This document shows, one piece after another, positions 9,066 to 19,279 of a DNA stretch of 64,000 bases. The notes beneath the pieces are model-generated. The model saw only the letters and a list, made by a program, of their open reading frames with translations. It did not search any database and had not been told where the DNA came from. Both the position numbers and the translations under genes were made by a program. The DNA comes from an uncultured Oscillospiraceae bacterium. GTDB taxonomy: Bacteria > Bacillota > Clostridia > Oscillospirales > Ruminococcaceae. Location: the NCBI GenBank assembly GCA_964369345.1, contig CAYJFF010000001.1, positions 33 through 64,032 of the forward strand, given 5' to 3'. Position 1 is the stretch's first letter, and each line of letters opens with the position of its first letter.

Positions 9066-10175
9066 ATGGATAGAGTAGATATTCAAGCAATTAAATCAGC
9101 AATCGAGAACCAAACAGGTACAGCATTACTAGGTATTGACGGTATGATAGACGAAGTTTGGGAGCTTATAGACAGCCGTGTTGGTCCTGGCGACTATAAA
9201 AAAATGGACAACATGATAACACTGGGCAATGCTATCACAGAGCGTGGCACAGGTGGTATGGCTAAGGAAAGATTGCTAAAACGTCGTGTTTGTGGTGGTT
9301 TTGTTTGTAACACAGGTAGGGCTGTTGCAAAACTAGGCCAAGACACAACATTGCTTGGTATGTTCGGTGATGAGCCACGTGACTCCATCTTTGATGAATA
9401 TAATGGCCTTGCAACTCTTGTTTCTCTGGACAAGCCTGTTTATCTACACGTGCTTGAGTTCCTAGATGGCAAGATAATGATGCCAAACCTAGACCACCTT
9501 ATCAACCTGAGCTGGGCTGGAATAATAGAAAAACTAGGTATGGAAAAACTAACAAGCCTGCTAAATGTCGATATTGTTGGTGTGGGTTACTGGTCAAATA
9601 TGTATGATTTTGACGCTATACTTGGTGGTATTGTTGATATATGCCTTGCAAATGGCAAAACAAAGCGTGTTTTCCACGATTTTGCTAACCTAAATAAACG
9701 TACAGCAGATGCACTTGCTGATGCACTAAAAACTCTTGCAAAAGAGAACAAGCGCCTGCCACAAACACTTAGCCTTAATGAGCACGAGGGCGCTATTCTT
9801 GCAAAACAGCTAGGTGTTGCATATCCAGAGGACGTAAACAACAAAGCTTCCTCTACAGCTGTTTTCGAGTCTGTAAAAGCTATGCGTGACATTATCGATA
9901 TAGATGAGCTAATCGTTCATACATCTCACTATGCAGTTGTTGCAACAGCAAACCACGGCGCCGCTGTATCTAACCAGAATTACTGCGACAAACCTGTAAA
10001 AACTACTGGTGCAGGCGATACTTTCAATGGTGGATACATGGTGGCTTCTCTAACAGACCTAGACCCACGCCAGCGTATGGTATTTGCAAATGCTACTACA
10101 CTATGCTATGTTAGCACTGGCAACCCACCAACAAAGGCAGAACTACTAGCGCAACTAGAAAAACTAGCACAGTAA
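9066..10175 (+). CDS. PfkB-family carbohydrate kinase (369 aa; substrate unknown)
   Basis: The C-terminal PfkB signature TTGAGDTFNGGYM is present. A GGAGGG RBS sits 6 nt upstream. Confidence 0.7.
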   Translation: MDRVDIQAIKSAIENQTGTALLGIDGMIDEVWELIDSRVGPGDYKKMDNMITLGNAITERGTGGMAKERLLKRRVCGGFVCNTGRAVAKLGQDTTLLGMFGDEPRDSIFDEYNGLATLVSLDKPVYLHVLEFLDGKIMMPNLDHLINLSWAGIIEKLGMEKLTSLLNVDIVGVGYWSNMYDFDAILGGIVDICLANGKTKRVFHDFANLNKRTADALADALKTLAKENKRLPQTLSLNEHEGAILAKQLGVAYPEDVNNKASSTAVFESVKAMRDIIDIDELIVHTSHYAVVATANHGAAVSNQNYCDKPVKTTGAGDTFNGGYMVASLTDLDPRQRMVFANATTLCYVSTGNPPTKAELLAQLEKLAQ

Positions 10176-10259
10176 TACATAGTTTTCTAGCGCCATTACA
10201 CCACAAAAACATATATTTTGATGAGATTGTATTATTTTTTATTTTATTTGTAAAAAAGC

Positions 10260-10288
10260 TTGCATTTATAACAATTGTATGTTATTAT
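10260..10288 (+). promoter_or_regulatory. Sigma-A type promoter of rpmE
   Basis: TTGCAT, 17-nt spacer, TATTAT. Confidence 0.5.
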
Positions 10289-10319
10289 AGTTTGTGTCAT
10301 TTCTACTATGTGAAACGAG

Positions 10320-10535
10320 GTGAAAAAAATGAGAGACGGAATACATCCAGATTACAAAGAGACAAGCATTCGTTGTGCTTGTGGCAATCACATTGAAACA
10401 TGTTCTACAAAGGGCGACATTCGTGTGGAAATCTGTTCCAAATGCCATCCTTTCTATACAGGTAAGCAAAAACTTATCGATACAGGCGGACGCGTTGACA
10501 GATTTAACAAACGTTTTGATAAAGGCAATAAATAA
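10320..10535 (+). CDS. rpmE: 50S ribosomal protein L31, Cys-containing (Zn-ribbon) type
   Basis: [17 protein letters not shown]...[14 protein letters not shown]...[10 protein letters not shown] is characteristic. The start is either GTG 10320 or ATG 10329. Confidence 0.9.
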   Translation: MKKMRDGIHPDYKETSIRCACGNHIETCSTKGDIRVEICSKCHPFYTGKQKLIDTGGRVDRFNKRFDKGNK

Positions 10536-10607
10536 TTGCACTTATCGGCATTTGTGTTCTGACAAACAGTCAGTACAATCGGGCAATTACAATTCAAGTT
10601 ATCTAAA

Positions 10608-10650
10608 AACCCGTAACGTAGTTGTAAAGCTACCTTACGGGTTATTTCTT
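10608..10650 (+). terminator. Intrinsic terminator after rpmE
   Basis: The stem aacccgtaacgtag / ctaccttacgggtt has one mismatch and is followed by ATTTCTT. Confidence 0.7.
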
Positions 10651-10669
10651 AGTTATGGAGGAAAAAGCA

Positions 10670-11989
10670 GTGTCAAAACCACTTATTGCGGTGGTGGGTC
10701 GCCCAAATGTTGGCAAATCCACCCTTTTTAACAAACTTATAGGACAGCGACTGTCCATAGTGGAAGATACCCCTGGTGTTACTCGCGACCGCATATACTC
10801 TGCGTGTAACTGGCGCGGGCAAGACTTTATGCTGGTAGATACCGGCGGTATCGAGCCCAAAACAGGTGATATTATACTATCCCAAATGCGCACACAAGCA
10901 CAAATAGCTATAGAAACTGCCGATGTTATCATTATGGTGGTGGACTTGCGTAGCGGTATTACTGCAAACGATGCAGACATTGCTACTATGCTACTAAAAA
11001 GTGGCAAGCCGATTGTACTATGCGTTAATAAATGTGACAGAATTGGTGATATCCCACCTGATTTCTATGAATTTTATAATCTTGGTCTTGGGGACCCCGT
11101 ACCTGTATCTTCTGTCCACGGACACGGTACAGGCGACCTTCTCGACGTCTGCTTTGAGCATATTGATTTTTCCAAGGTTGTGGACTACCCAGACGATGTT
11201 GTTAAAGTAGCTATCATCGGTAAGCCAAATGTTGGCAAGAGCAGCCTTGTAAACAAAATCTCTGGCAAAGAGCGCGTGATTGTATCCGACATTGCTGGCA
11301 CAACACGTGATAGCACGGATACCGAGATACAAAACGAGCATGGTAAATTTATTTTCATCGACACAGCAGGTATACGCCGTAAAGCACGTGTAGAGGACGC
11401 TATAGAGCGCTACAGCGTTTTGCGTGCATATATGGCAGTAGATAGGTGTGATGTTGCTGTTATCATGATAGATGCTGTAGTAGGCTTTACAGAGCAGGAT
11501 AGCAAGATTGCAGGCTATGCGCATGAGCAGGGCAAGGCTTGTATCATTGCTGTAAACAAGTGGGACGCTATAGAAAAAGACGACAAGACAATGCAGGAAT
11601 ATACAAAACGTCTTGCTGATGACTTCTCTTTTATGTCTTATGCACCGTTCTTGTTTATATCTGCTGCTACTGGTTTGCGTATAAACAAACTATACGAGAT
11701 GATAGTACATGTAAATGACCAGAACGCTCTGCGTATATCTACTGGTAAGCTAAACGATATGCTAGCGTATGCTACTGCTAGGGTTCAGCCACCTTCTGAT
11801 AAAGGTAAGCGACTAAAAATTTACTACTGTACACAGGCATCTACAAAGCCACCTACCTTTGTATTTTTCTGTAATAACCACGAGCTTTTCCACTTCTCAT
11901 ATCAGCGTTATTTAGAGAACCAGATACGTGCTCATTTTGGGCTTAGCGGTACTCCTATACGCATTATAGTTCGTGAGCGTGGCGAATAA
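10670..11989 (+). CDS. der: Ribosome-biogenesis GTPase Der (EngA), with two tandem GTPase domains
   Basis: Two G1 motifs are present (GRPNVGKST and GKPNVGKSS), plus a KH-like C-terminus. I prefer GTG 10670, which has a GGAGGAA RBS 7 nt upstream, over the listed ATG 10655, which contains that RBS. Confidence 0.9.
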   Translation: MSKPLIAVVGRPNVGKSTLFNKLIGQRLSIVEDTPGVTRDRIYSACNWRGQDFMLVDTGGIEPKTGDIILSQMRTQAQIAIETADVIIMVVDLRSGITANDADIATMLLKSGKPIVLCVNKCDRIGDIPPDFYEFYNLGLGDPVPVSSVHGHGTGDLLDVCFEHIDFSKVVDYPDDVVKVAIIGKPNVGKSSLVNKISGKERVIVSDIAGTTRDSTDTEIQNEHGKFIFIDTAGIRRKARVEDAIERYSVLRAYMAVDRCDVAVIMIDAVVGFTEQDSKIAGYAHEQGKACIIAVNKWDAIEKDDKTMQEYTKRLADDFSFMSYAPFLFISAATGLRINKLYEMIVHVNDQNALRISTGKLNDMLAYATARVQPPSDKGKRLKIYYCTQASTKPPTFVFFCNNHELFHFSYQRYLENQIRAHFGLSGTPIRIIVRERGE

Positions 11990-12004
11990 TATAGCTTTAT
12001 AATA

Positions 12005-12082
12005 AATAAGAGCCGATAATATAGTACTTTACTCAAAGTCAAGAAATTTTGTTAAAAGTATGTCATATTGGCTCTTATTTTG
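12005..12082 (+). terminator. Long imperfect hairpin after der; possible terminator
   Basis: Outer arms are aaataagagcc / ggctcttattt and inner arms are tacttt / aaagta. The structure ends in TTTT. The long loop lowers confidence. Confidence 0.4.
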
Positions 12083-12148
12083 CACGAATTCATGTCGATA
12101 TTATACATGGTACTCTATGGTTATTTATTGAATAGAAAGGATTTTTTT

Positions 12149-13501
12149 ATGCAAAATGAAAATACTATGATTAAACAATCTAAACTGCTTTTTGTAAACC
12201 AAATAATACTAATTGTCGGAGGGTTATTTTATACCATTGTGTATATGCTTAGCCGTGATTTTTTACTGGCGCTAGGAATTGTCTTGTCCGTTGGTATCAT
12301 CATTAGCACTATACAGTTTTCTATCCGCAACTTTAGTAGCACTACAACTACTTATATCATCACATTTTTCCAGTTTTTTATTATAACAGCCTTCGGTCTT
12401 ATTGGCTCAGAATTCGCTGGTGGTTTCCCACTTATTATTTCTGTTATAGCCATGAACTGTATGTATTATAATAAAAAGATACTCATTATACAGTGGGTCA
12501 TCATAGATATTATTATCGCAATTACATTTGTGTTTAAAGATATGTTCTATACAGGTCTTTCCACATCTTTCATCACACGTGGTGTTCTCGGTGTCAATTT
12601 CTGCATACTGTTCCTGTACTTCCTCCTGAACTGGGGTGTTCAGTTCCTTGATGCATCTATAGAAAAAGAGCAGAAAACCCAAAAATTGCTAGAGCAGTTG
12701 GAAGTAAAAATGAAAGAACAAAGAGAGAGTGCAGAGTATATACAGAATATTTTTGATACTATAAAAATGCGTTCCAACAACCTAAAAGACACATCTTCCC
12801 AAATGCTTGATATATCTAGCACGCTAAATGCATCTGCCGAGAACCAAAATATCATCATAGCAAACCTTACACAAAAGAGCAACGAGATGGCAGAAGAAAT
12901 AAAATCTACACAGCAAATGGCTGTTGATTCCTGTGATATAGTTGCACGCACAGCACAAGTTTTGGAAGCTAGCAACCAGAGTATGGCATCTGCTGTAGAA
13001 ACTATTGGTGCTATGGAAGAATCTAGTAGGAAGATAATTGATATCATCAAAGGTATCGAGGATATCGCTTTCCAGACAAATATACTAGCACTTAATGCTA
13101 CCATAGAGGCTGCAAGGGCTGGCTCTGCTGGTAAGAGCTTTGCTGTTGTTGCAGAAGAAGTACAGACACTGGCAGCGCGTAGCTCTGCTGCTGCAAACGC
13201 AAGCACACTCCTTGTTAATGAGTCCATTAGCAGCGTACAGGCTGGTGCAAAATTCATAAAAGAGGCTGCTAAGAATATGAACGAAGTAATAGATGCATCT
13301 AATACTGCATCACAAACTATCAATGATATTAATGTTATAATTAGTAGCCAAGTAAAAACTGTAGAAGATATCTTGCTACAGATGAACGACATAATAAACG
13401 TAGTAAACAGAACATCAGAAACTGCATCACAGAGCAACAATGTTGCTAGTGATATTTCACGTGAAATCAGCTATATAAACGAGGCAATCTCCAAACAATA
13501 A
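12149..13501 (+). CDS. Methyl-accepting chemotaxis protein with a polytopic membrane N-terminus
   Basis: The conserved signalling hairpin tip [31 protein letters not shown] is present. The N-terminal ~190 aa consist almost entirely of TM segments. I chose ATG 12149, which has an AAAGGA RBS; the listed start at 12068 lies inside the der terminator hairpin. Confidence 0.8.
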   Translation: MQNENTMIKQSKLLFVNQIILIVGGLFYTIVYMLSRDFLLALGIVLSVGIIISTIQFSIRNFSSTTTTYIITFFQFFIITAFGLIGSEFAGGFPLIISVIAMNCMYYNKKILIIQWVIIDIIIAITFVFKDMFYTGLSTSFITRGVLGVNFCILFLYFLLNWGVQFLDASIEKEQKTQKLLEQLEVKMKEQRESAEYIQNIFDTIKMRSNNLKDTSSQMLDISSTLNASAENQNIIIANLTQKSNEMAEEIKSTQQMAVDSCDIVARTAQVLEASNQSMASAVETIGAMEESSRKIIDIIKGIEDIAFQTNILALNATIEAARAGSAGKSFAVVAEEVQTLAARSSAAANASTLLVNESISSVQAGAKFIKEAAKNMNEVIDASNTASQTINDINVIISSQVKTVEDILLQMNDIINVVNRTSETASQSNNVASDISREISYINEAISKQ

Positions 13502-13510
13502 CAACAGCAA

Positions 13511-13548
13511 ACAGCCCAGACTTCTTAGCCGAAGTCTGGGCTGTTTTT
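13511..13548. terminator. Bidirectional intrinsic terminator between the convergent MCP and channel genes
   Basis: A 14-bp perfect stem (acagcccagacttc / gaagtctgggctgt) is followed by TTTTT. Confidence 0.8.
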
Positions 13549-13559
13549 CTATGCAACTA

Positions 13560-15407
13560 TCATCTACTTAGTACAATTAGCGAGTCTTTATTAGTAAATG
13601 CGATTTTATCTGCTTTGTTTGGGTTTACTATAATCTCGTGCCCGTTCTTTGTAGATTTTTTATAACCTATCGCTATCTCTCCCCTGTCCTTAACTAGCTG
13701 AGATACAGAGTAGAAATCCATTTCTTCTACATTATCTACATAACGCTCTATACTGCGTATGTATATTTCGTTCCCCTCTGGCTGCATTATCTCGTAAAAA
13801 ACTTCTGCTAAGTCACGGTTTTCTGATATTTGCGCCATTATCATATTAACTATGTAAGAACCAATTACAAAGTCGTTCACTTTTGCAACTTTTGCAAGCT
13901 TTTGGTTAGATGGGTTTTTCATCTCACTTGTAATGTTGAACTCATAGCCTTTTTTCTCGGAGATATCACGCAAATGAATAAGTTTTAGCAGTATCTGTGC
14001 ATCAGAATGCTCTGTATCCTCATCATCTTTGCTAAGCAGTACTATGTTATCCACTTTTTCATTAACTAGCACATCTAGCTCCTGCCTATCGTTTGTGTCA
14101 CAGTCTTGTGCCGTTAGCACTATGTTTTTATAGGTCTGTGCAGTGCTCAGGTACTCTGTAGCATTTTCGTCTGCTATAGTCACTGTAGAGCCATGTGATG
14201 AGTACTCGTCAAGCTCTCTCAAAATATGCTTTAGCATGGCATTGGTACCTAGCACCAGTATATTATCTTGTTTATTCTCCGCTGTGGCATATGCTTTTTT
14301 CTTGCTAATAGCACTACCTTTTTTGCCATTCTCTACCACAGGCTGTACCGCACCATTGTCCTCCATTAGCAGTAGCAGAGTGTCGTCAGCTTCTATCACT
14401 GTGCCCATATCTGGGTTCAGGTATATTTTGTCTTTGCGCTTATATCCAAAAACAATAGCCTTATCAAACATATTCAGTATTTCTGCGAACTTCTTGCCTG
14501 CTAGCTGTGGGAATTTCTCAAAATACAGCTCATCACCACCAAAGTCAAAAAGCTCTGTCATTACCTCGGACAAGCCAGATTGTCTGCAAGTTTGTGCTAT
14601 AATTCGTGATATTATGTCACTAGCCAGTAGCACCTCTACATTGCCCTCGCCAGCTATATCAGCGGCGCTATAGTTTGCGCTATCATTAACAGATGCCACA
14701 ATACACGGCATCTCTGTAATGCTACTCTCCTCAAAAAAGTTGTTAATAGCAAGTATAGCCTTTGTAGTTATAAAGTCATCATTCTCATTTATAATTATAG
14801 AGCGACAGGTGGAAAGCGAGCACTTATTAAGCATATTAACATCTGTTGTAGCACCTGTACGGCATATCACACGTGTTGTCTTATAGTCTGCTATCTGCCC
14901 TGCTATGGCTTCCTCCACTGTTTCTTTAGCCTCTGGTGATAGCACCACTATGCACTCGTCTTTACTGCTCTCATTGGCAAGTATAAGCTCGGATATTATA
15001 GTAAAAATATTCTCATTAAAACCAAGTATTATAGTGTGGTTTTTCTCTATAACCTGCGAATTGCCTTTTCTTAGTGAATGTAGCTTTTCCTCGAACCCTG
15101 TGGTTATGATACCGATAAGTATGCTGGTAACAAACAAGCCACACAGTGTCACCACGCTCATTATTATTAGGAAAGGCACATTGCCTGTGTCCGTACCTGT
15201 TATAGTACCTGCGTCTATGGTATGCATGATACCTGCCCACACAGCCTCATTAAAAGTGCCATTGCCAAACGCCAGTGCAACAAGAGCTGCAAGCACAATC
15301 ACAGCCGCAGTTGCCAAGAACAGCATAGCAACTAACGCAACTGCTCCTTTCGACATCAAGTTATCAAACTTATACCTCAGCTTTGCCTTGAATTTTTCAA
15401 AATTCAT
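13560..15407 (-). CDS. CASTOR/POLLUX-related putative cation channel with tandem RCK/TrkA-like cytoplasmic domains
   Basis: An N-terminal 2-TM pore module carries a filter-like stretch HTIDAGTITGTDTG. It is followed by NHTIILGFNE and DNILVLGTN Rossmann-like starts. I chose ATG 15407 (MNFEKFKAKL), which has a TAGGAGGA RBS. Confidence 0.55.
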   Translation of the reverse strand: MNFEKFKAKLRYKFDNLMSKGAVALVAMLFLATAAVIVLAALVALAFGNGTFNEAVWAGIMHTIDAGTITGTDTGNVPFLIIMSVVTLCGLFVTSILIGIITTGFEEKLHSLRKGNSQVIEKNHTIILGFNENIFTIISELILANESSKDECIVVLSPEAKETVEEAIAGQIADYKTTRVICRTGATTDVNMLNKCSLSTCRSIIINENDDFITTKAILAINNFFEESSITEMPCIVASVNDSANYSAADIAGEGNVEVLLASDIISRIIAQTCRQSGLSEVMTELFDFGGDELYFEKFPQLAGKKFAEILNMFDKAIVFGYKRKDKIYLNPDMGTVIEADDTLLLLMEDNGAVQPVVENGKKGSAISKKKAYATAENKQDNILVLGTNAMLKHILRELDEYSSHGSTVTIADENATEYLSTAQTYKNIVLTAQDCDTNDRQELDVLVNEKVDNIVLLSKDDEDTEHSDAQILLKLIHLRDISEKKGYEFNITSEMKNPSNQKLAKVAKVNDFVIGSYIVNMIMAQISENRDLAEVFYEIMQPEGNEIYIRSIERYVDNVEEMDFYSVSQLVKDRGEIAIGYKKSTKNGHEIIVNPNKADKIAFTNKDSLIVLSR

Positions 15408-15626
15408 ACTTCTCGTCCTCCTAAAAGTGGTATTAAACGCTATTTCTTTCATTATACTGTATAACACTAATAATCTGAATGTGCCAAGTGGCACATATAC
15501 ATAGTAAAAATCTATAGCAAGCAACAAAAAGCCCTACAACAACAAATCCTATTAAAAAAGAATTGCTATCATAGAGCTTTTATTCTCATGCACTTGCCTT
15601 TGCAGATGTGCATATAAGTACTTCTC

Positions 15627-16901
15627 TTACTTCTCGTCAATCATAATATTCAGTATTTCTATGTCTGTTATTTTCATACCATCTCTGCCCATACGTGTGA
15701 TAGAAGCAATAGTATTTTCTACATCGCCTTTTACCAGACCATCACCAGACATAAACGAGTTGTTCTGTGCGGACATATAGTGTCCCATTATTCCAGCATC
15801 TACAGAAGATGCAATCTTTGCCGCACAAGAGGGCTTTGCGCCATCACAAACTATGCCAGAAACATTTGCCAAGGTGTTTGTTATCGTCCTAGTAACAGCA
15901 GCATAGTCGCCACCATGCAGATATGTAATAGCAGCGGCAGCACCACAAGCAGCACTAACAGCACCACAGTATGCAGACAGCCTGCCAATACCTGTTTTTT
16001 GGTGTATAGCAACCAGATTGCTTATAATAAGCGCCCTGTACAGCACATCCTTTGTTACGCCTAGCTCCTGCGCATATACTATAACAGGTAGAGAAACCGT
16101 CATGCCTTGGTTACCACTGCCAGAGTTTATAACAACAGGTAGCACACAGCCACTCATCCTAGCGTCAGAGCCAGCGGCAGCATATGCCTTCGCACGTGTT
16201 TTCACATCATTGCCATATACTTCTAGCAGAGTTTTACCTATTTTTGCGCCATAGTCATTTCTCAAGCCTTCTTCTGCAATATTTACGTTACACTCGATTT
16301 GGTTATCAAGCATTTTCCGCACTTTGTCAAGCTCAACCTCTTTTGCAAAAGTAAGTATATTTTCTATAGAAATAAACGAGCGGTCATCGGACTTTGTCAC
16401 AGACTGGCTTTCTATATTAAATACAACCTCGCCATTCAGCTCTTCGTTTACTATGTTTATGTGTTTATCAACAATCTCTACCATAGCATATTCATCGCCG
16501 TGGTAGCAGTATGTCATAATATGCAAATTGCTACAGCCCTGTAGTAGTTTCACTTTGCAGTAATCAGCAGTAGCTATAAGCTCTTTGCATCGCTCCACAT
16601 CTGCATCGCTAACATCAGTAAGTACTTCTAGCTTTTTGTCACTATCGCCAGCAATAGCGCCTATGATAGCAGAGGTCTCTATGCCTTTTAGTCCACCAGT
16701 GTTTGGCACAACTACGCTCTTTGCATTTTTTATTATATTGCCACTACAGTGTACTTCTACCCTCTGCGGTGTTTTTCCCAAAAGTTTTGTAGCTCTAGCC
16801 GCAGAATACGCAATGGCAATAGGCTCTGTGCAACCAAGAGCAGGCACAAGCTCACTCTTTAGCACAGCAATATATTTTTCTATTAGTATTTCGCTCAACA
16901 T
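15627..16901 (-). CDS. UPF0597/YhaM-type L-cysteine desulfidase family protein (serine dehydratase alpha-like)
   Basis: Contains the N-terminal LGCTEPIAIAYSAA and the internal SGSGNQG and CDGAKPSCA blocks typical of this family. ATG 16901 has a GGAG RBS 7 nt upstream; the listed start at 16922 is a TTG. Confidence 0.7.
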   Translation of the reverse strand: MLSEILIEKYIAVLKSELVPALGCTEPIAIAYSAARATKLLGKTPQRVEVHCSGNIIKNAKSVVVPNTGGLKGIETSAIIGAIAGDSDKKLEVLTDVSDADVERCKELIATADYCKVKLLQGCSNLHIMTYCYHGDEYAMVEIVDKHINIVNEELNGEVVFNIESQSVTKSDDRSFISIENILTFAKEVELDKVRKMLDNQIECNVNIAEEGLRNDYGAKIGKTLLEVYGNDVKTRAKAYAAAGSDARMSGCVLPVVINSGSGNQGMTVSLPVIVYAQELGVTKDVLYRALIISNLVAIHQKTGIGRLSAYCGAVSAACGAAAAITYLHGGDYAAVTRTITNTLANVSGIVCDGAKPSCAAKIASSVDAGIMGHYMSAQNNSFMSGDGLVKGDVENTIASITRMGRDGMKITDIEILNIMIDEK

Positions 16902-16925
16902 GATAATGCTCCATTCTGTCAATGC

Positions 16926-17276
16926 TTATATAAAAAGCAAGAAATCTACAATTGATGCAAATGCAATCACAACACAAGAAAATATCATTACAACACCAAA
17001 ATAATTTATAGCATAGAAGTGTTTTTTCCAGCTCTCTTTGCCCAGTTTGCTAACAGTTTCTTTTTTCATAAGTAGCAGTAGTGCACCTACAAACATACCT
17101 AGCGAGCCAATAATAAGCAGGCCGGACCTTGTAAAATTTATCACTGCAAGCAGATTACCTTGGTATGAAATAAAAGCTATTATAACAAGAATTACGCTAA
17201 TTGCTAGTGCTATAATCCCAGAGCCACCAATGGTTAGGAAAATATCATGCATTATATCTTTACATTTTTTCATCAT
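16926..17276 (-). CDS. Small membrane protein (116 aa, about 4 TM), function unknown
   Basis: Hydrophobic ORF packed 12 nt after oppF and 24 nt before the preferred desulfidase start (ATG 16901). No recognisable motif. Confidence 0.5.
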   Translation of the reverse strand: MMKKCKDIMHDIFLTIGGSGIIALAISVILVIIAFISYQGNLLAVINFTRSGLLIIGSLGMFVGALLLLMKKETVSKLGKESWKKHFYAINYFGVVMIFSCVVIAFASIVDFLLFI

Positions 17277-17288
17277 CGAGTTCCTTAA

Positions 17289-18254
17289 TTATTTATACAA
17301 GTGGCAGGCAACAAAGTGGTCACTGCCCCTATCTATAAGTTTAGGTGTTTCTTGCCTACAGATATCCATAGCATTTTCACATCTACCTGCAAACCTACAG
17401 CCCGGTGGTGGGTCTATTGGGCTTGGTACATCGCCTTTTAGGCCCTCTGTGTCTTGCTCACGCTGTCTTTCTATCTTAGGGTCTGGGATGGGGATAGCAG
17501 CAAGCAGAGCTTTTGTATATGGGTGCATAGGTGAGCTATATAGCTTATCAGATGTTGTTATCTCCACCATTGAGCCCAGATACATTACAGCTACCCTGTC
17601 AGATATATGCTTAACCATGGATAGGTCATGCGCAACAAAAAGATATGTTAGTTTCATCTCTTTTTGTAGCTTTATTAGCAAGTTTACTATCTGTGCTTGT
17701 ATAGAAACATCTAGCGCAGATACAGGCTCATCAAGCACTATAAACTTTGGCTCTACAGCTAGCACACGTGCAATACCAATTCTCTGGCGTTGTCCACCGG
17801 AGAACTCATGCACAAAACGGCTTGCATGCTCTTTATTAAGTCCTACCAGTGATAGGTATTTATAAACAAGCTCTGTTCTTTCTTCCTTGCTCTTTGCCAG
17901 TCCATGTATATCTATACCCTCACAGATAATATCTGCAACTGTCATTCTTGGGTTTAGTGATGCATATGGGTCTTGGAAAATCATCTGTACATCTTTTTTG
18001 AAGCTCTTAATCTCTGATTTATCAAGATTGTGAACATCTTTGCCGTTGTAAAGCACTGTTCCATCAGTCTTTTTGTAAAGACCTATACAGGTTCTACCAC
18101 AAGTTGTTTTACCACAACCAGACTCACCAACAAGTCCTAGTGTCTCACCCTCACGTATAAAAAACGAAACATCATCAACAGCTTTCAGTGTTCTCTTGCC
18201 ACTTACTTGGAAATATTTTTTCAGATTTTTTACTTCTATTAGTTTCTTGCTCAT
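17289..18254 (-). CDS. oppF: Oligopeptide ABC transporter ATP-binding protein
   Basis: Walker A GESGCGKTT, signature FSGGQRQR, Walker B VLDEPVSALD, and a Cys-rich C-terminal Opp-type extension. Confidence 0.85.
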   Translation of the reverse strand: MSKKLIEVKNLKKYFQVSGKRTLKAVDDVSFFIREGETLGLVGESGCGKTTCGRTCIGLYKKTDGTVLYNGKDVHNLDKSEIKSFKKDVQMIFQDPYASLNPRMTVADIICEGIDIHGLAKSKEERTELVYKYLSLVGLNKEHASRFVHEFSGGQRQRIGIARVLAVEPKFIVLDEPVSALDVSIQAQIVNLLIKLQKEMKLTYLFVAHDLSMVKHISDRVAVMYLGSMVEITTSDKLYSSPMHPYTKALLAAIPIPDPKIERQREQDTEGLKGDVPSPIDPPPGCRFAGRCENAMDICRQETPKLIDRGSDHFVACHLYK

Positions 18255-19270
18255 TCCACAACCTCCATCTCTTTTGGTCTGCTACAGGAAGTCGCCATTG
18301 GGTGGTTTAGCCAACAAGCAGATTTGTGTCCATTGCCAAAGTCAGTATACTCAGGCATTTCTTCGCAACAGATTTCCATACAATAACTACATCTTGTAGA
18401 GAATGGACATCCTTTTGGTGGTGCAAAAAGGTCTGGCGGTGTTCCCTCTATAGAGAAAAGCTCCTGCTTATTCTCAAGGTCAAGCCTTGGCATAGCATTC
18501 AGCAGTGCGCAAGTGTATGGGTGTTTTGGTGTGTAGAAAATATCATCACAAGTACCAGTTTCCATAACCATACCAGAGTACATAACCACTATACGCTGTG
18601 CAACATTTGCAACAACGCCCAGGTCATGTGTGATAAGGATTACAGAAGTACCGATATCTTTTTGCAGTGCTTTTATCAGTTTCATAATCTGCGCCTGAAT
18701 AGTAACATCAAGCGCTGTAGTTGGCTCGTCCGCTATCAGCAGTTTGGGGTTACACGCAAACGCTATAGCAATCATAGCACGCTGGCGCATACCACCAGAG
18801 AACTCATGTGGGTACTGCTTAACACGTTGCTCTGGGTTTGGTATCTCAACCTTACGCAACATTTCTACAGCTTCTTCATAGGCTTCTTTTTTGCTGATTT
18901 TACGGTGAGCTAGTATATTCTCTACTATTTGGTCGCCGACACGCATGGTAGGGTTTAGCGATGCTAGGGCATCTTGGAATATAATAGCTGCCTCACCACC
19001 ACGGTATTGACTAAGCTCTTTTTTGGTGAATTTCAGCGTATCTCTGCCGTTATATATTATCTCGCTGCCCTCTTTTATAACACCTGGTGGAGTTTTTATA
19101 AGGCTCATAATAGCTTTTGCTGTAACAGATTTACCACAGCCGGACTCACCAACAATCGCTAGTGCCTCACCCTCATTCACGTCAAAAGACACACCGCGTA
19201 CAGACTGTATCTCCCCCGCATATGTGTTATAGGACACTCTCAAATTTTTAACTTCTAGTATTTTACTCAT
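18251..19270 (-). CDS. oppD: Oligopeptide ABC transporter ATP-binding protein
   Basis: Walker A GESGCGKS, signature FSGGMRQR, Walker [11 protein letters not shown], and a C-terminal Cys cluster. It overlaps oppF by 4 nt. Confidence 0.85.
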   Translation of the reverse strand: MSKILEVKNLRVSYNTYAGEIQSVRGVSFDVNEGEALAIVGESGCGKSVTAKAIMSLIKTPPGVIKEGSEIIYNGRDTLKFTKKELSQYRGGEAAIIFQDALASLNPTMRVGDQIVENILAHRKISKKEAYEEAVEMLRKVEIPNPEQRVKQYPHEFSGGMRQRAMIAIAFACNPKLLIADEPTTALDVTIQAQIMKLIKALQKDIGTSVILITHDLGVVANVAQRIVVMYSGMVMETGTCDDIFYTPKHPYTCALLNAMPRLDLENKQELFSIEGTPPDLFAPPKGCPFSTRCSYCMEICCEEMPEYTDFGNGHKSACWLNHPMATSCSRPKEMEVVE

Positions 19271-19279
19271 AATTGCCCC

